From an uncultured Muribaculaceae bacterium (lineage in GTDB: Bacteria > Bacillota_I > Bacilli_A > RF39 > UBA660): DNA of 64,000 nucleotides. The position numbers were made by a program, and so were the translations under genes. Numbering within the stretch: the first letter of the stretch is position 1; each line of letters opens with the position of its first letter. The stretch spans positions 81,231-145,230 of the forward strand of contig CAYOYB010000004.1 in the NCBI GenBank assembly GCA_964408085.1, in the 5' to 3' direction. The notes under the pieces are model-generated. The model was not told where the DNA came from. It worked only from the letters and a program-made list of their open reading frames with translations, and searched no databases. Shown in pieces: positions 37,488-48,794 of this stretch.

Positions 37488-38310
37488 AACGATAAATATC
37501 CTTTAACAAATCATTTATTTCATCTCTATATCCTATTTTTATATTTTTCTTATTTAAAACTAAAGTCGAAAACTCAATTATTTTAGGTATTGGTATTTCA
37601 TATTGTTTTAAAATCTGAATATTTTTAAAAACATCATATTTATTACCTTCTAATACTATTTTACCATCATGCATAATTATGATATCATCGCTTATCTTAT
37701 GGAGAAATTCAACATCTCTACTAACTACAATAACTATTTTACCAGCACTTTTCAAAGATTTAATTAAACGCTCTATACATTTAATACTCTTACCATCTAA
37801 ACCATTAGTAGGTTCATCGAAAATGATAACATCAGAATCTAAAACTAATGTTGAAGCTATAGATACTTTTCGCTTTTCACCATGGCTTAATAATAATGGA
37901 TTTTTAACTAAATAACTCTCATCTAAACTAACCATTTCTAAAACGTCAATCAATCTTTGTCTTTCAATAGGCTTATTTAAAAAATGACAAGAATAAGACA
38001 ATTCTTCTTCAACTGTTTTATTAAAAAGTTGAGTTTCAGCATTTTGAACAACATAACCAACAATTTTTCTTAACTCAACCTTATCAAACTCTTTTTTCTT
38101 ATTTATTACAATGTTATCAATTGTTACTTTACCACTTGTAGGCAAAATAAGCGCATTTATTAATTCTACTAATGTTGTTTTACCACTTCCACTTTTACCA
38201 GTTATCCCAACAACTGTATTAGCTTTTATTTTTAAATTTATCGAATCTAAATTTTTTTTCTTAGACTTTTTATCATAATAAAAATTAACATTATTAAATC
38301 TTACTTCCAT
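37477..38310 (-). CDS. ecfA2: ECF transporter ATPase EcfA2
   Basis: Walker A GKSGSGKTT, signature LSHGEK, Walker B IIFDEP. Confidence 0.85.
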   Translation of the reverse strand: MEVRFNNVNFYYDKKSKKKNLDSINLKIKANTVVGITGKSGSGKTTLVELINALILPTSGKVTIDNIVINKKKEFDKVELRKIVGYVVQNAETQLFNKTVEEELSYSCHFLNKPIERQRLIDVLEMVSLDESYLVKNPLLLSHGEKRKVSIASTLVLDSDVIIFDEPTNGLDGKSIKCIERLIKSLKSAGKIVIVVSRDVEFLHKISDDIIIMHDGKIVLEGNKYDVFKNIQILKQYEIPIPKIIEFSTLVLNKKNIKIGYRDEINDLLKDIYRYVR

Positions 38311-39110
38311 AATAAATCCGCCATTTCTTCCATATTATAAATAACCCGATCAATTAAATTATAGTATTTTAATTTTATTGATAAATCTACCATAAAAGGT
38401 AAATTAAGTCCTAACTTAGTAAAAAGTTTATCATCCTTAAAAACTACTTCTAAATTATCATTAGCCAAAACAGTACCTTTATCTAAAACAATTATAGTAT
38501 TACTAAATAGAACATCTTCCATATTATGAGTTATATTAACAATTGTTAAACCATAATCAATTTGAAGCTTATGTAATAAATTTAATATTTTTTCTCGTTC
38601 ATATCTATCTAAACTAGAAAATGACTCATCTAAAATCAAAACAATAGGTTTATAAACCAAAACAGAAGCTAAATTAACTAATATTTTTTCAAAATTATTA
38701 AGTTTAAAAATATTTTCTTCTAACAAATGTGAAATATTTAATAAACTCACTATTTCATTAACATTATTTAAAATTATTTTTCTTTCAAAACCTAAGTTTT
38801 CAAGTGGGAAACAAATATTATCAACTACTTTTTCTGTTACAAATTGATTATCTAAATTGTTAGATATAAAACCAATTTTTTTTCTAATTTCTTGAATATT
38901 TTTTTTATTTAGTATTAAACCATCAATTTCTATATTTCCATCAAAGTCATTTAAACCTGCTAAAATTCTAACTAAAGTACTTTTACCACTGCCATTTACT
39001 CCAACTAAAGAAACAAAATCACCACGTACTATATCTAAATTAAAATCATTAAAAACTTTATAATCTCCATAATTAAAATTTAGATTTTTAATTGATATTA
39101 TATTAGACAT
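38301..39110 (-). CDS. ecfA1: ECF transporter ATPase EcfA1 (degenerate ABC signature)
   Basis: Walker A GVNGSGKST and Walker B LILDES. The LSGGQ position reads LNNFEK. Confidence 0.8.
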   Translation of the reverse strand: MSNIISIKNLNFNYGDYKVFNDFNLDIVRGDFVSLVGVNGSGKSTLVRILAGLNDFDGNIEIDGLILNKKNIQEIRKKIGFISNNLDNQFVTEKVVDNICFPLENLGFERKIILNNVNEIVSLLNISHLLEENIFKLNNFEKILVNLASVLVYKPIVLILDESFSSLDRYEREKILNLLHKLQIDYGLTIVNITHNMEDVLFSNTIIVLDKGTVLANDNLEVVFKDDKLFTKLGLNLPFMVDLSIKLKYYNLIDRVIYNMEEMADLLWK

Positions 39111-39308
39111 CTAAAATCACCTTAAAGGTTATTATAATATATCTAGAAATTTAAAACAAGGAAAATTTGATAATCATTTAACTTTTTTAAAAAAACATTA
39201 TTATTATTGAAAATATAATAACTATTATGTTATAATATACAAATAAATATTTACAAAAAATCTATAATTTTCCTATAAGATTCAAATCTTTTGAAAGGAG
39301 CAATAAAA

Positions 39309-40193
39309 ATGATAGATTTACATTTACATACAAATCATTCAGATGGAACTGATTCAGTAAAAGAATTATTAGAAGTTGCAGAACAAAAGAAACTCGAAAT
39401 GATTTCAATCACTGATCATAATTCTGTTGGAGCCTATTTTGAATTAGATGAAAATCCGGAGATTAGAAATATATTTAGTGGTAAAATTATAATTGGTTCA
39501 GAAATTAAGGCCATCTTTGATGATGTTAATATAGAAATTTTAGCTTATGGAATTGATTATAAAAAAATTGACATTAGACAAGAAAATAAATTACAAGTTC
39601 AAAATGATATTTTAAAACATTATATAAATGTTGCTAAAAAGCTTGGAATTAGAGTTGATGAAACTATTAAAGTAGATATAGCTGATCCTACTAGAACATT
39701 TGCTTGTTGGGTATTTTGTGATGACATTTTGAAATATAAAGAAAATGAAAGAATATTAAAAGAAATAGGCCAAATAAATAAAATAACCTTTTATAGAGAT
39801 CATGAAGGAAATAAAAATAGCCCATTTTATTATAACACCTCAAAATATTATGATGATTGCCAAACACTAATAGATAAAATACACGCGGCAGGTGGATTAG
39901 CATTCTTGGCGCATGGGCTATTATATCCATTCAATAATAAAAAAGATTCTATAGAAAAAATATTAAAGACAACAAATATTGATGGATTGGAGTGTATATA
40001 TCCACTATTTAGTAAAAAAGACACAGATTTTATGATTAATCTATGTCGAAAATACAAAAAATTTATGTCAGGTGGCTCTGATTATCATGCCAAAAATAAG
40101 CCTACAATCTTTATGGGAACTGGTATAAATAATAACATTGCTATTGAAAAAACTTTTGTAAAAAATTGGACAAATAAAGTTAGGAAAATATAA
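39309..40193 (+). CDS. PHP-domain phosphoesterase
   Basis: MIDLHLHTNHSDGT...ITDHN. The ATG at 39309 follows AAAGGAG. Confidence 0.8.
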   Translation: MIDLHLHTNHSDGTDSVKELLEVAEQKKLEMISITDHNSVGAYFELDENPEIRNIFSGKIIIGSEIKAIFDDVNIEILAYGIDYKKIDIRQENKLQVQNDILKHYINVAKKLGIRVDETIKVDIADPTRTFACWVFCDDILKYKENERILKEIGQINKITFYRDHEGNKNSPFYYNTSKYYDDCQTLIDKIHAAGGLAFLAHGLLYPFNNKKDSIEKILKTTNIDGLECIYPLFSKKDTDFMINLCRKYKKFMSGGSDYHAKNKPTIFMGTGINNNIAIEKTFVKNWTNKVRKI

Positions 40194-40207
40194 ATTTTAA
40201 TATTTAA

Positions 40208-41281
40208 TTATCCATTTTCCAAGTCATTCTTTTTGTTTTTCATATCATCTAATTTTTGAGCTATATCATCTTCATAAAAACGATAAGTTGCTAGTAAAAT
40301 TATAGTAACAGGAAGCGCTATAATAATACCTAGAGCGCCTGCCAATTTACCACCTGCAAATACAGCAAAAATAGTAAGTAACCCAGGAACATTATTAGTT
40401 TTTCCATAAACACGTGGAGAAATAATATATCCATCAATATTTGGGCAAATAAATGCTACAATAAGTGTTAAAATAAATAATTTTTGAGAAACGAAAAATG
40501 CTGTAATGGCTGCAATAATATTTGCAAATATCCCTCCAAAATAAGGAACAATCGTTGTAACGGAACACAATATACCAAGTAATAAATAGTATGGATGGCC
40601 AATTAAGAAAAATATCATTGTATATTCAATAAATTGAATTATAATGTTTTTTTCAAGTCCAACAAAATATTGGCTAACCTCATGATCAAGTCTTTCAACA
40701 TAACGATAAGTTCTTTTATTATGGCGTCTTAAAAAACTCTTAATTTTTTTTCTTATTTTTTCCATATCAGCTAAAAAATAAATACAAGTTATAAAACAAA
40801 TAACAAATAAAGTTAAAATATTAATTGAATGCATTATAACACTAAATGAAAAATCTCCAATTGATTTACCATAGTTACTAATTACTGTTTTAAAGTCCCC
40901 AATATGTTCTTGAATTGAATTTAAATCGACATTATAATCATTAGATATTTTTAAAACAAATTCCATTAACCAATTAAATAATGAAGTAAGCTGTTCAATA
41001 ACAATTGGAACCATTAAAGCTATAATGAATGTCAAAAAACCTACTACAGCAGCAATAACAATAAAAACTGCTAAAGATTTAGGAACTTTTCGTTTTGTAA
41101 GTTTCTCTACAAATGGATATAAGGCATAGGCAATTGCAAAAGCAATAATAAAAGGTAAAATTATTGAAAATACTTTTTTAAGAATACCAGCCCAAAAACC
41201 AAATGTATTAATAATTAAAAAAATTATTATTAACGTCAATACTACATCGATTAATTTATAATTTACTTTTCCCTTTTCCAT
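40208..41281 (-). CDS. AI-2E family (PerM/UPF0118) transporter
   Basis: About 8 TM segments. C-terminal GALGIIIALPV is typical of the family. Confidence 0.7.
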   Translation of the reverse strand: MEKGKVNYKLIDVVLTLIIIFLIINTFGFWAGILKKVFSIILPFIIAFAIAYALYPFVEKLTKRKVPKSLAVFIVIAAVVGFLTFIIALMVPIVIEQLTSLFNWLMEFVLKISNDYNVDLNSIQEHIGDFKTVISNYGKSIGDFSFSVIMHSINILTLFVICFITCIYFLADMEKIRKKIKSFLRRHNKRTYRYVERLDHEVSQYFVGLEKNIIIQFIEYTMIFFLIGHPYYLLLGILCSVTTIVPYFGGIFANIIAAITAFFVSQKLFILTLIVAFICPNIDGYIISPRVYGKTNNVPGLLTIFAVFAGGKLAGALGIIIALPVTIILLATYRFYEDDIAQKLDDMKNKKNDLENG

Positions 41282-41417
41282 CTATATTCCTCCATTTATC
41301 ATTTATAATTTTATTATACCCATTATTTATCTATTTGAATAGTATAAGACTAGACAAATAAAGAAAAAATATAACTTTATCTTTAATTAATTGACATATA
41401 TTTACAAAAAAACTGCA

Positions 41418-42059
41418 TTACGCAGCTTTAATTTTTTCAATATAAGCATTTACATTATATGCCCATGCTGTACTTTCAGCATACTTTGGATTCATCATTT
41501 CTGCTGTCGTCAAACCATAAGCATAATAATTATAATATAAATTATCTAAATAACCAATAATACCTTCATCTAAGGTACTATAAGCCATGTATGAACCACC
41601 ATTACAACTAGGGCTGCCTTTTTGTCCACCAACATTATTACAAGCATTTACTAAATAACTACAATTCCATTGACACCCTGTTTCTTGTAATACAATTGCG
41701 ACTGCCAAATAAGGATCCATACCCAGTTCTAAAGAATGAGTAGCAAAAATTTCACCTTTACCTGCTAGAGTAGAATTCAACATTCTATTTAATTTATCTG
41801 TTAACTCACCCATAGTTAATCCATCCCAAACAATTTTACCAGTTGTATTATCATAAGTCACATCTTCAATTACTTGTTTTGATGTTAGAAAAAATATATT
41901 ATTAATTTGCGTTTCACTCAAATTTCCAGTTGCTTTATCATCATTCTTAATATCTTGTTGAAACATAATTAATTTAGCATAAACAAGAGAAATACCAATA
42001 TAAATTAATAATAAGCTTAAAATTACTATTGTTTTTTTACCTAATCTATTGATTATCAT
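41418..42059 (-). CDS. membrane-anchored glucosaminidase-domain protein
   Basis: TM anchor plus LAVAIVLQETG...NNVGGQKG, which resembles the FlgJ/Glucosaminidase fold. Confidence 0.55.
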   Translation of the reverse strand: MIINRLGKKTIVILSLLLIYIGISLVYAKLIMFQQDIKNDDKATGNLSETQINNIFFLTSKQVIEDVTYDNTTGKIVWDGLTMGELTDKLNRMLNSTLAGKGEIFATHSLELGMDPYLAVAIVLQETGCQWNCSYLVNACNNVGGQKGSPSCNGGSYMAYSTLDEGIIGYLDNLYYNYYAYGLTTAEMMNPKYAESTAWAYNVNAYIEKIKAA

Positions 42060-42155
42060 TTATTCACCTTTCTTTAAAACAAATACAATTCTAACATAAA
42101 ACTATTTATATTGTCAAATTTTGTCCATCTATTACTACTAATAATATATTCTTCA

Positions 42156-44075
42156 CTAAAAATTATGCTTGTTTTTTTCATAATTTGTCGAAAAAATTTC
42201 AAGTGATAAACGTTTTTGGTTGATATATGTTATCGTTTTGCTTAACCCTTCCTGTATTTCATAAATATCATTATGCGAATAAGGATTAAAATATAATCTA
42301 TCTAAACATTCCCTTGCTAAAACATCAGGAAATCTTCTAAGTGGACTAGTAATATGTGAATAAGCATTAAGATCTAAGCCAAAATGTCCTTTGTTTTCCA
42401 AAGAATAAATAGCTTTTGGATAAATATTTTTAATAACACCAATATATTTTGAATATTTAGAACTTTTTTCATCTAAACTAATACTTTTAGAAAACTGTTC
42501 AATTTTAGCCATTTCTTCATTATTTATTGCGTGCACACGATAAATAAATGGCAAACCTCTATTAAAAAAATAAGAAGCAACCATATGATTATTAAAAATC
42601 ATCGCACTCTCAACCACTTTTTCTGATAATGAGCGACCAATAATATTAGTATCAGTAATATTATTAGAGCTACGATTTACTTTTTCATAAAAAGGGTCAA
42701 CATGATAATAACGCGCTAAAATGGGATGAATATTAGATAATTTAACAATGCTATTATAAATATTTAAATCTTGGCAACCATGTTCTAAAATTACATTAAA
42801 CTCTGTATAAGTCATATTTTTATAAATTTGAATATAAGACTTATAAAATTTATAATCAATAACATCTCCATCTTTACTTAATTCATAATAGTATGAAGTA
42901 GCAGGGCGTCTTTTCCCTTCAAGTAAACTAGCAGAATTACTAGATATTGGGCTAGGAAACATGGGAACAGTCATATCTGATAAATAAATTGAAGTTGTCC
43001 TTCGTTTTGCTTCATCATAAATAATACTATTACTATTTACAAAATATGATGGATCAGCAATATGCACACCTAATAAATAATTACCATTATCCAAAACTTT
43101 TATTGAAAGAGCATCATCAATTTCTTTTGCGCCTTCCCCATCAAATGTCAATATAATTTCATCATCAATTACTTTTCTTTTATTATCTGCCTTATCATTT
43201 TGAATAAGTCTTTGACATTCAATATTAATACTTTGGTTAAAACTACTTTTAACATCATATTTATATTTTAAATAATCTAAATCATAATTATTTATTCCTT
43301 GTATTGAATTACACAAATCATTTAAAAAGAAAATATATTTCTGTTTAGTCAAATTGTTAAATTTTGAATTATCCACATTATTTAATAAATTATTAATCTC
43401 ATTAAGCCATTTTTGTTTAGCAATTACATTAAAATCTAACTCTTTTGAAGATAATAATAATTTTAAAATTTCATCATAATAAATAACATCATCTATAGTA
43501 TTTAATTCCATACCTTTAGTATAGATAGATAATTCTTCTAAATATTTTTCTATTACACTATCAATTAAAGGCTTTTTTTCTTTTGTTTCAAAATTAACTA
43601 TGTGTGGAAATCTTTTTAAAGCATCTTCAAATAAATTAATACGTTTAACCTCAAAAACTAAAAAATTAATAAAATCATATTTACTACCATCATATTTATC
43701 AATATAATCATAAAGTAACGATAATGAAATGGTTTCTAAATTATCACTTAGAGTTTTTAAAAATTGAAAATGCTCAGAATCTTCGGTAATATAATCAGGT
43801 TTTTGAAACAATAAATTTTTAATTTTATTTATTATCCTTTTAACTTTTAAATAAAACTCTTTTTTATCTTCAAAATTTACCTGAAAATAATCAGGAAAAC
43901 AATCAAACATCTTAAGTAAGTAACTATAATCATTAGATGTCTCATACATAAAATTATCTATTTTATTTTCAATTAAATCAATTAATAAATTACGCATTTT
44001 ACTCTTACTACAAGGTAAATCAACGATTTTTCCATTATTTTTTAATGTTTTATCTACATCTTTATAACTAACCAT
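42156..44075 (-). CDS. RNB-domain exoribonuclease (RNase II/R family) with an atypical N-terminal region
   Basis: GAKEIDDALSI and HFGLDLNAYSHITSPLRRFPD are RNB motifs. I recognised no cold-shock or S1 motifs. Confidence 0.75.
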   Translation of the reverse strand: MVSYKDVDKTLKNNGKIVDLPCSKSKMRNLLIDLIENKIDNFMYETSNDYSYLLKMFDCFPDYFQVNFEDKKEFYLKVKRIINKIKNLLFQKPDYITEDSEHFQFLKTLSDNLETISLSLLYDYIDKYDGSKYDFINFLVFEVKRINLFEDALKRFPHIVNFETKEKKPLIDSVIEKYLEELSIYTKGMELNTIDDVIYYDEILKLLLSSKELDFNVIAKQKWLNEINNLLNNVDNSKFNNLTKQKYIFFLNDLCNSIQGINNYDLDYLKYKYDVKSSFNQSINIECQRLIQNDKADNKRKVIDDEIILTFDGEGAKEIDDALSIKVLDNGNYLLGVHIADPSYFVNSNSIIYDEAKRRTTSIYLSDMTVPMFPSPISSNSASLLEGKRRPATSYYYELSKDGDVIDYKFYKSYIQIYKNMTYTEFNVILEHGCQDLNIYNSIVKLSNIHPILARYYHVDPFYEKVNRSSNNITDTNIIGRSLSEKVVESAMIFNNHMVASYFFNRGLPFIYRVHAINNEEMAKIEQFSKSISLDEKSSKYSKYIGVIKNIYPKAIYSLENKGHFGLDLNAYSHITSPLRRFPDVLARECLDRLYFNPYSHNDIYEIQEGLSKTITYINQKRLSLEIFSTNYEKNKHNF

Positions 44076-44185
44076 TTTATCACCACTTTAAGTATAACAT
44101 TAAAATAAAGAAAAAACAAAACTAATTAATTATTTACAAATCAAAATTTTAATGTTATAATATCCAGCAAAAAGGTGGGATTTTT

Positions 44186-44827
44186 ATGTCAAAAGAGCAA
44201 AATGTTATAAATTACTATGTTATTTGTAATAGATTAAAAGATGTTATTAGGACAGGTTGGAAAAATTGGAATGTTCAAAGAGAAAGAATCGAAAGTGTTG
44301 CGGAGCATATTTTTGGAGTTCAAATGCTCGCAATTGCGATGAAATCAGAATTTAAGTATGATGTTGATATTATGAAAGTTATATTTATGTTAGCAATTCA
44401 TGAATTAGGAGAAACTGTTATTGGTGACTTAACTCAATTTCAAATAACTAAAGAAGAAAAAGAAAAATTAGAGCATGAAGCAGTACATAAAATATTAAAT
44501 GGTTTATTAGATGGTAATCAAATTGAGGAATTATTTCTAGAATTTGATACACACAATACGAAAGAATCCATGTTTGCATATCAATGCGACAAGTTAGAAT
44601 GTGATTTACAAAGTAAATTATATGATGAAGAAGGTTGTGTTGATTTAGATAAGCAAGATGGTAATAATACACTAAATAATAAATTAGTTCAAAATCTACT
44701 TCAAACTGGTGCATCTTGGTCAACTATGTGGCTTAAATTTGGTCAACAAGTATACCCTTATGATGATAATTTTAGAGCAGTATCAAACTATGCTATAAAT
44801 AATGATATAGGGGCAAAAAGAAAATAA
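44186..44827 (+). CDS. HD-superfamily hydrolase (YfbR-like 5'-nucleotidase type)
   Basis: ESVAEHIFG...LAIHELGETVIGD. Confidence 0.65.
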   Translation: MSKEQNVINYYVICNRLKDVIRTGWKNWNVQRERIESVAEHIFGVQMLAIAMKSEFKYDVDIMKVIFMLAIHELGETVIGDLTQFQITKEEKEKLEHEAVHKILNGLLDGNQIEELFLEFDTHNTKESMFAYQCDKLECDLQSKLYDEEGCVDLDKQDGNNTLNNKLVQNLLQTGASWSTMWLKFGQQVYPYDDNFRAVSNYAINNDIGAKRK

Positions 44828-44853
44828 ATACGCATTAAAATAATATTATATTT

Positions 44854-44879
44854 AACACTTAATCCATAAGTGTTTTTTT
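44854..44879 (+). terminator. rho-independent terminator
   Basis: Stem AACACTTA/TAAGTGTT plus a T-run. Confidence 0.65.
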
Positions 44880-44898
44880 ATATATAAATTCAACTAAG

Positions 44899-44929
44899 CA
44901 AAAAAATGTCAATGTTTTAACTTGACATT
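44899..44929 (-). terminator. rho-independent terminator after xfp
   Basis: Stem ATGTCAA/TTGACAT with a T-run on the minus strand. Confidence 0.6.
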
Positions 44930-44935
44930 TTAACG

Positions 44936-47320
44936 TTATTTAAAAGACTCTTCAAACGTCCAATTACGAATTTCTTCTAAATCTTCTCCATACTCATGTA
45001 TATATTCTTTATGCTCAATAAGTTTATTTCTACACCATTCAGTTAATTCTGAACGTCTATTACCAAGTTGTGGTAAATATTTTAAAGCATCAATAACTAA
45101 ATTGAAACGGTCAATTTTATTTTGAACTCTCATATCGAAAGGAGTCGTAATTGTACCTTCTTCTTGATAACCATGAACATGCATATTTTGGTTTTCACGC
45201 TTATAAGTTAATTGATGAATCAATGGTGAATAACCATGGAAGGCAAATATAATTGGTTTATCAGTTGTAAATAAAGAATTATAATCAGCATCACTAAGTC
45301 CATGAGGATGAACTATATCAGATTGTAAACGCATTAAATCAACTACATTAACAACTCTTATTTTAAGTTCATTAAAATTATTTCTTAAAATTGAAACAGC
45401 CGCAATTGTTTCTAATGTTGGTGTATCCCCACAGCATGCCATAACAATATCCGGTTCTTCTCCTTGATCATTACTTGCAAAATCCCATCTACCAATTCCT
45501 TTTGTACAATGTTTAACAGCTTCATCCATTGTAAGCCATTGTGGACGAGGATGTTTTGATGCAATCATGACATTAATAAGATTTTTACTTCTAATACAAT
45601 GATCAAAAACTGATAATAAACAGTTAGCATCTGGAGGTAAATACATTCTTACAATGTCAGCCTTTTTTGTAACCAAATGATTCAAGAAACCTGGATCTTG
45701 ATGTGTATAACCATTATGGTCTTGTTGCCAAATATGGCTAGATAAAACATAATTTAAAGAAGCAATTGGAGCTCTCCAAGGTAATTCTTTTGTAACTTTT
45801 AACCATTTAGCGTGTTGACTTGCCATTGAATCAACAATTCTAACAAATGCTTCATAACTATGCATAAAGCCATGTCGTCCAGTTAGTAAGTAGCCCTCTA
45901 ACCAACCTTCACATAAATGTTCAGATAACATTGAATCCATAACTCTACCATCACTAGCTAAAAATTCATCATTTTCTTTTGTTTCACCATTCCACTGGCG
46001 ACTAGTTGCTTCAAAGACAGAATTTAATCTATTAGATAGAGCCTCATCAGGTCCAAAAATTCGAAAATTTCTATTATCGTCATTTAATTTTACAACATCA
46101 CGAACATATTTACCAAGCTCACTCATATCTTGCGCAATAGTTTTTCCTGGTACTTCAACTTTAACGCCATAATCACGATAATCAGGTAAACGTAATTCTT
46201 TTAATAATTTACCACCATTAGTAATAGGATTAGAACCCATTCTTTTGTTTCCAACTGGTGCTAAATCACGAAGTTCTGCAATTAAATGACCATCTTCATC
46301 AAACAATTCTTGAGGCCTGTAACTTTTCATCCAAGCTTCTAAAACTTTAACATTTTCAGGCACTTTACCATTCACAATAACAGGAACTTGATGAGCTCTA
46401 AAGCTTCCTTCTATTTGTTTACCTTCAACATACTTAGGACCAGTCCATCCCTTTGGCGTTCTAAGAACAATCATTGGCCACATTGGTCTTTCTTGTAATT
46501 CACCATTTAGAGCTGCTTTTTTTATTTTATTTATATCGGAAATAACTTTATCCAAAACCTCTGCCATACATTCATGCATATACATTGGGTCATCACCTTC
46601 AACATAGTAAGGTTTCCAACCACAACCAACAAAGAAATTTTCAAGTTCTTTTTTAGAAATTCTTGAAAATACAGTTGGATTAGCTATTTTATAACCATTT
46701 AAATGTAAAATTGGTAAAACAACACCATCTGTTTTTGGATTTAAAAATTTATTCGAATGCCAAGATGTTGCAAGTGGTCCTGTTTCGGCTTCACCATCTC
46801 CAACTACACAAGTAGCAATTAAACCAGGATTATCTAAAACAGCTCCAAAAGCATGTGATAAACTATATCCTAATTCTCCACCTTCATTAATAGATCCTGG
46901 AGTTTCTGGGGCAACATGACTAGAAATTCCCCCTGGAAAACTAAATTGTTTAAATAATTTTTTTAAACCTTCTTCATCTTCTGTAATATTTGGGTATGTC
47001 TCACTATAAGAACCCTCTAAATATGTATTTGCAACAAGAGCATTTCCACCATGACCTGGACCAGATAAATAAATCATGTTTAAATCATATTTTTTAATAA
47101 TACGATTTAAATGTACATATATAAAATTTTGGCCAGGTACTGTTCCCCAGTGTCCAACCACATTTGGTTTAATATGTTCTAATGTAAGTGGTTCACGTAG
47201 TAATGGATTATCTAAAAGATAAAGTTGACCTACAGAAAGGTAATTTGCTGCTCTAAAATAAGCATCTATACGTCGTAGCATATCATCAGATAAAACTTTA
47301 CTTTGACTATTTATATCCAT
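44936..47320 (-). CDS. xfp: xylulose-5-P/fructose-6-P phosphoketolase
   Basis: 794 aa. [21 protein letters not shown] and EGGELGY are typical XFP motifs. Confidence 0.95.
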   Translation of the reverse strand: MDINSQSKVLSDDMLRRIDAYFRAANYLSVGQLYLLDNPLLREPLTLEHIKPNVVGHWGTVPGQNFIYVHLNRIIKKYDLNMIYLSGPGHGGNALVANTYLEGSYSETYPNITEDEEGLKKLFKQFSFPGGISSHVAPETPGSINEGGELGYSLSHAFGAVLDNPGLIATCVVGDGEAETGPLATSWHSNKFLNPKTDGVVLPILHLNGYKIANPTVFSRISKKELENFFVGCGWKPYYVEGDDPMYMHECMAEVLDKVISDINKIKKAALNGELQERPMWPMIVLRTPKGWTGPKYVEGKQIEGSFRAHQVPVIVNGKVPENVKVLEAWMKSYRPQELFDEDGHLIAELRDLAPVGNKRMGSNPITNGGKLLKELRLPDYRDYGVKVEVPGKTIAQDMSELGKYVRDVVKLNDDNRNFRIFGPDEALSNRLNSVFEATSRQWNGETKENDEFLASDGRVMDSMLSEHLCEGWLEGYLLTGRHGFMHSYEAFVRIVDSMASQHAKWLKVTKELPWRAPIASLNYVLSSHIWQQDHNGYTHQDPGFLNHLVTKKADIVRMYLPPDANCLLSVFDHCIRSKNLINVMIASKHPRPQWLTMDEAVKHCTKGIGRWDFASNDQGEEPDIVMACCGDTPTLETIAAVSILRNNFNELKIRVVNVVDLMRLQSDIVHPHGLSDADYNSLFTTDKPIIFAFHGYSPLIHQLTYKRENQNMHVHGYQEEGTITTPFDMRVQNKIDRFNLVIDALKYLPQLGNRRSELTEWCRNKLIEHKEYIHEYGEDLEEIRNWTFEESFK

Positions 47321-47493
47321 AATATAACCTCCATTATATTATTATTATATAATATCAGTTTTTTATTAACAAATATAAAAATCAAAATTTTACTAAAGTT
47401 TACAAAAAATAATTTAGATTTTCTATTACTTAGATGGAATTGTATCTCAATCGATTTCTTTACTTAACATTTTCACTTGATAAAAGACAATTA

Positions 47494-48138
47494 CTAATTC
47501 ATTTTCACAACTTCATGATTCTTAACTTGATACAAAACATCAACTAAAATATCAATATCATCTTTAATATGAGATGCTAAAATAATTATTTTCCCTTTTT
47601 GCTTTTCTTCAATTAATAAATCTCTAATTTGCTGTGCTGTATCATCCTCAACACCATTAAAAGGTTCATCAAGTATAATTACTTTAGGATTTTCCATTAA
47701 AGTCTGAGCTATTCCCAATTTTTGTTTCATGCCAAGTGAATATTTATAATATTGCTTATCTCTATCTTCATATAAATTTACTTTTTTTAATGTTTCTTCA
47801 ATTTCTTCTTTACCAATTAATTTCAAAATATCTGCAAGTAATTTTAAATTTTGATAACCCGTTTTATATGGCAAAAATTGTGGATTCTCAATTAAACATC
47901 TAGTAGATGGCGGAACATTTATATCCTTATTCAAAACTTTTCCATCAAATATAATTTCACCACTAGTTGCTGTCATATAACCACATATTAACTTTAAAAG
48001 AACTGTCTTACCAGAACCATTCCTACCAACTAATCCATAAATTTTTCCCTCTTCAAAATCAACATTTACATCCTTTATGACAACATTATTTTTGAAGCTT
48101 TTACTTACATTTCTCAATTCAATTTTCAAATGAATCAT
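47494..48138 (-). CDS. ABC transporter ATP-binding protein
   Basis: GRNGSGKT, YSLGMKQK, ILDEPFNG. Confidence 0.88.
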   Translation of the reverse strand: MIHLKIELRNVSKSFKNNVVIKDVNVDFEEGKIYGLVGRNGSGKTVLLKLICGYMTATSGEIIFDGKVLNKDINVPPSTRCLIENPQFLPYKTGYQNLKLLADILKLIGKEEIEETLKKVNLYEDRDKQYYKYSLGMKQKLGIAQTLMENPKVIILDEPFNGVEDDTAQQIRDLLIEEKQKGKIIILASHIKDDIDILVDVLYQVKNHEVVKMN

Positions 48139-48794
48139 CCTTTCAAATCGCTAAATTTAATAAACTTGGATACTATAATTATAATAATAAATGTAATAAG
48201 CCAATATATAATTGCAAACAACATGCTAATTTTTTGAATATCAAATCCTATTAATACAGTACTTATGATTGCAAATAATATTAGAACTGACATTATTTTA
48301 AATTTATTATAAAATAATAAAATTAAATATATTAATGATACTAATGATGATGTAATAATTACTTTTTTAAACATAATAATAAGATACTCAAATCCAACTG
48401 TTTTGCTTAAAATTACATTTAAAAATATTACCAAGTTAATTAAAAAAATTATAATAAACATAACAATCATCTTACTTATTATCCACTTCTTCAAACTTAT
48501 TCTAAAGAAAAAATTATCATAATTATCCATATCCTTCTTATAAATAACAATGGATAAACCAATAAATAAAAAGTATGTTGCAATAATTAGACTACTAATA
48601 ATAGGATTAGAAATTAATATATTATAATTAATAGATAAAGACAATACACTATTTAATATGAAAAAATTCTGTGTTTCCATATAAATATCTCTAACTAAAT
48701 AAAAATATAATAAACACGCAAAAAAATAAGCTAAAACAATTGCATAATATTTTCGACATAAATATGTTAAATCATTTATTATAATATATTTCAT
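48135..48794 (-). CDS. polytopic membrane protein (putative ABC-2-like permease partner)
   Basis: About 6 hydrophobic segments. 4-nt overlaps with both neighbours. Confidence 0.55.
   Translation of the reverse strand: MKYIIINDLTYLCRKYYAIVLAYFFACLLYFYLVRDIYMETQNFFILNSVLSLSINYNILISNPIISSLIIATYFLFIGLSIVIYKKDMDNYDNFFFRISLKKWIISKMIVMFIIIFLINLVIFLNVILSKTVGFEYLIIMFKKVIITSSLVSLIYLILLFYNKFKIMSVLILFAIISTVLIGFDIQKISMLFAIIYWLITFIIIIIVSKFIKFSDLKG

Noticed and set aside
37679-37915. Shadow ORFs antisense to ecfA2 (37679..37915), the PHP gene (39691..39930 and 39848..40057) and the HD gene (44448..44723).
   Set aside because: They overlap confident CDSs on the other strand and carry no independent signals.
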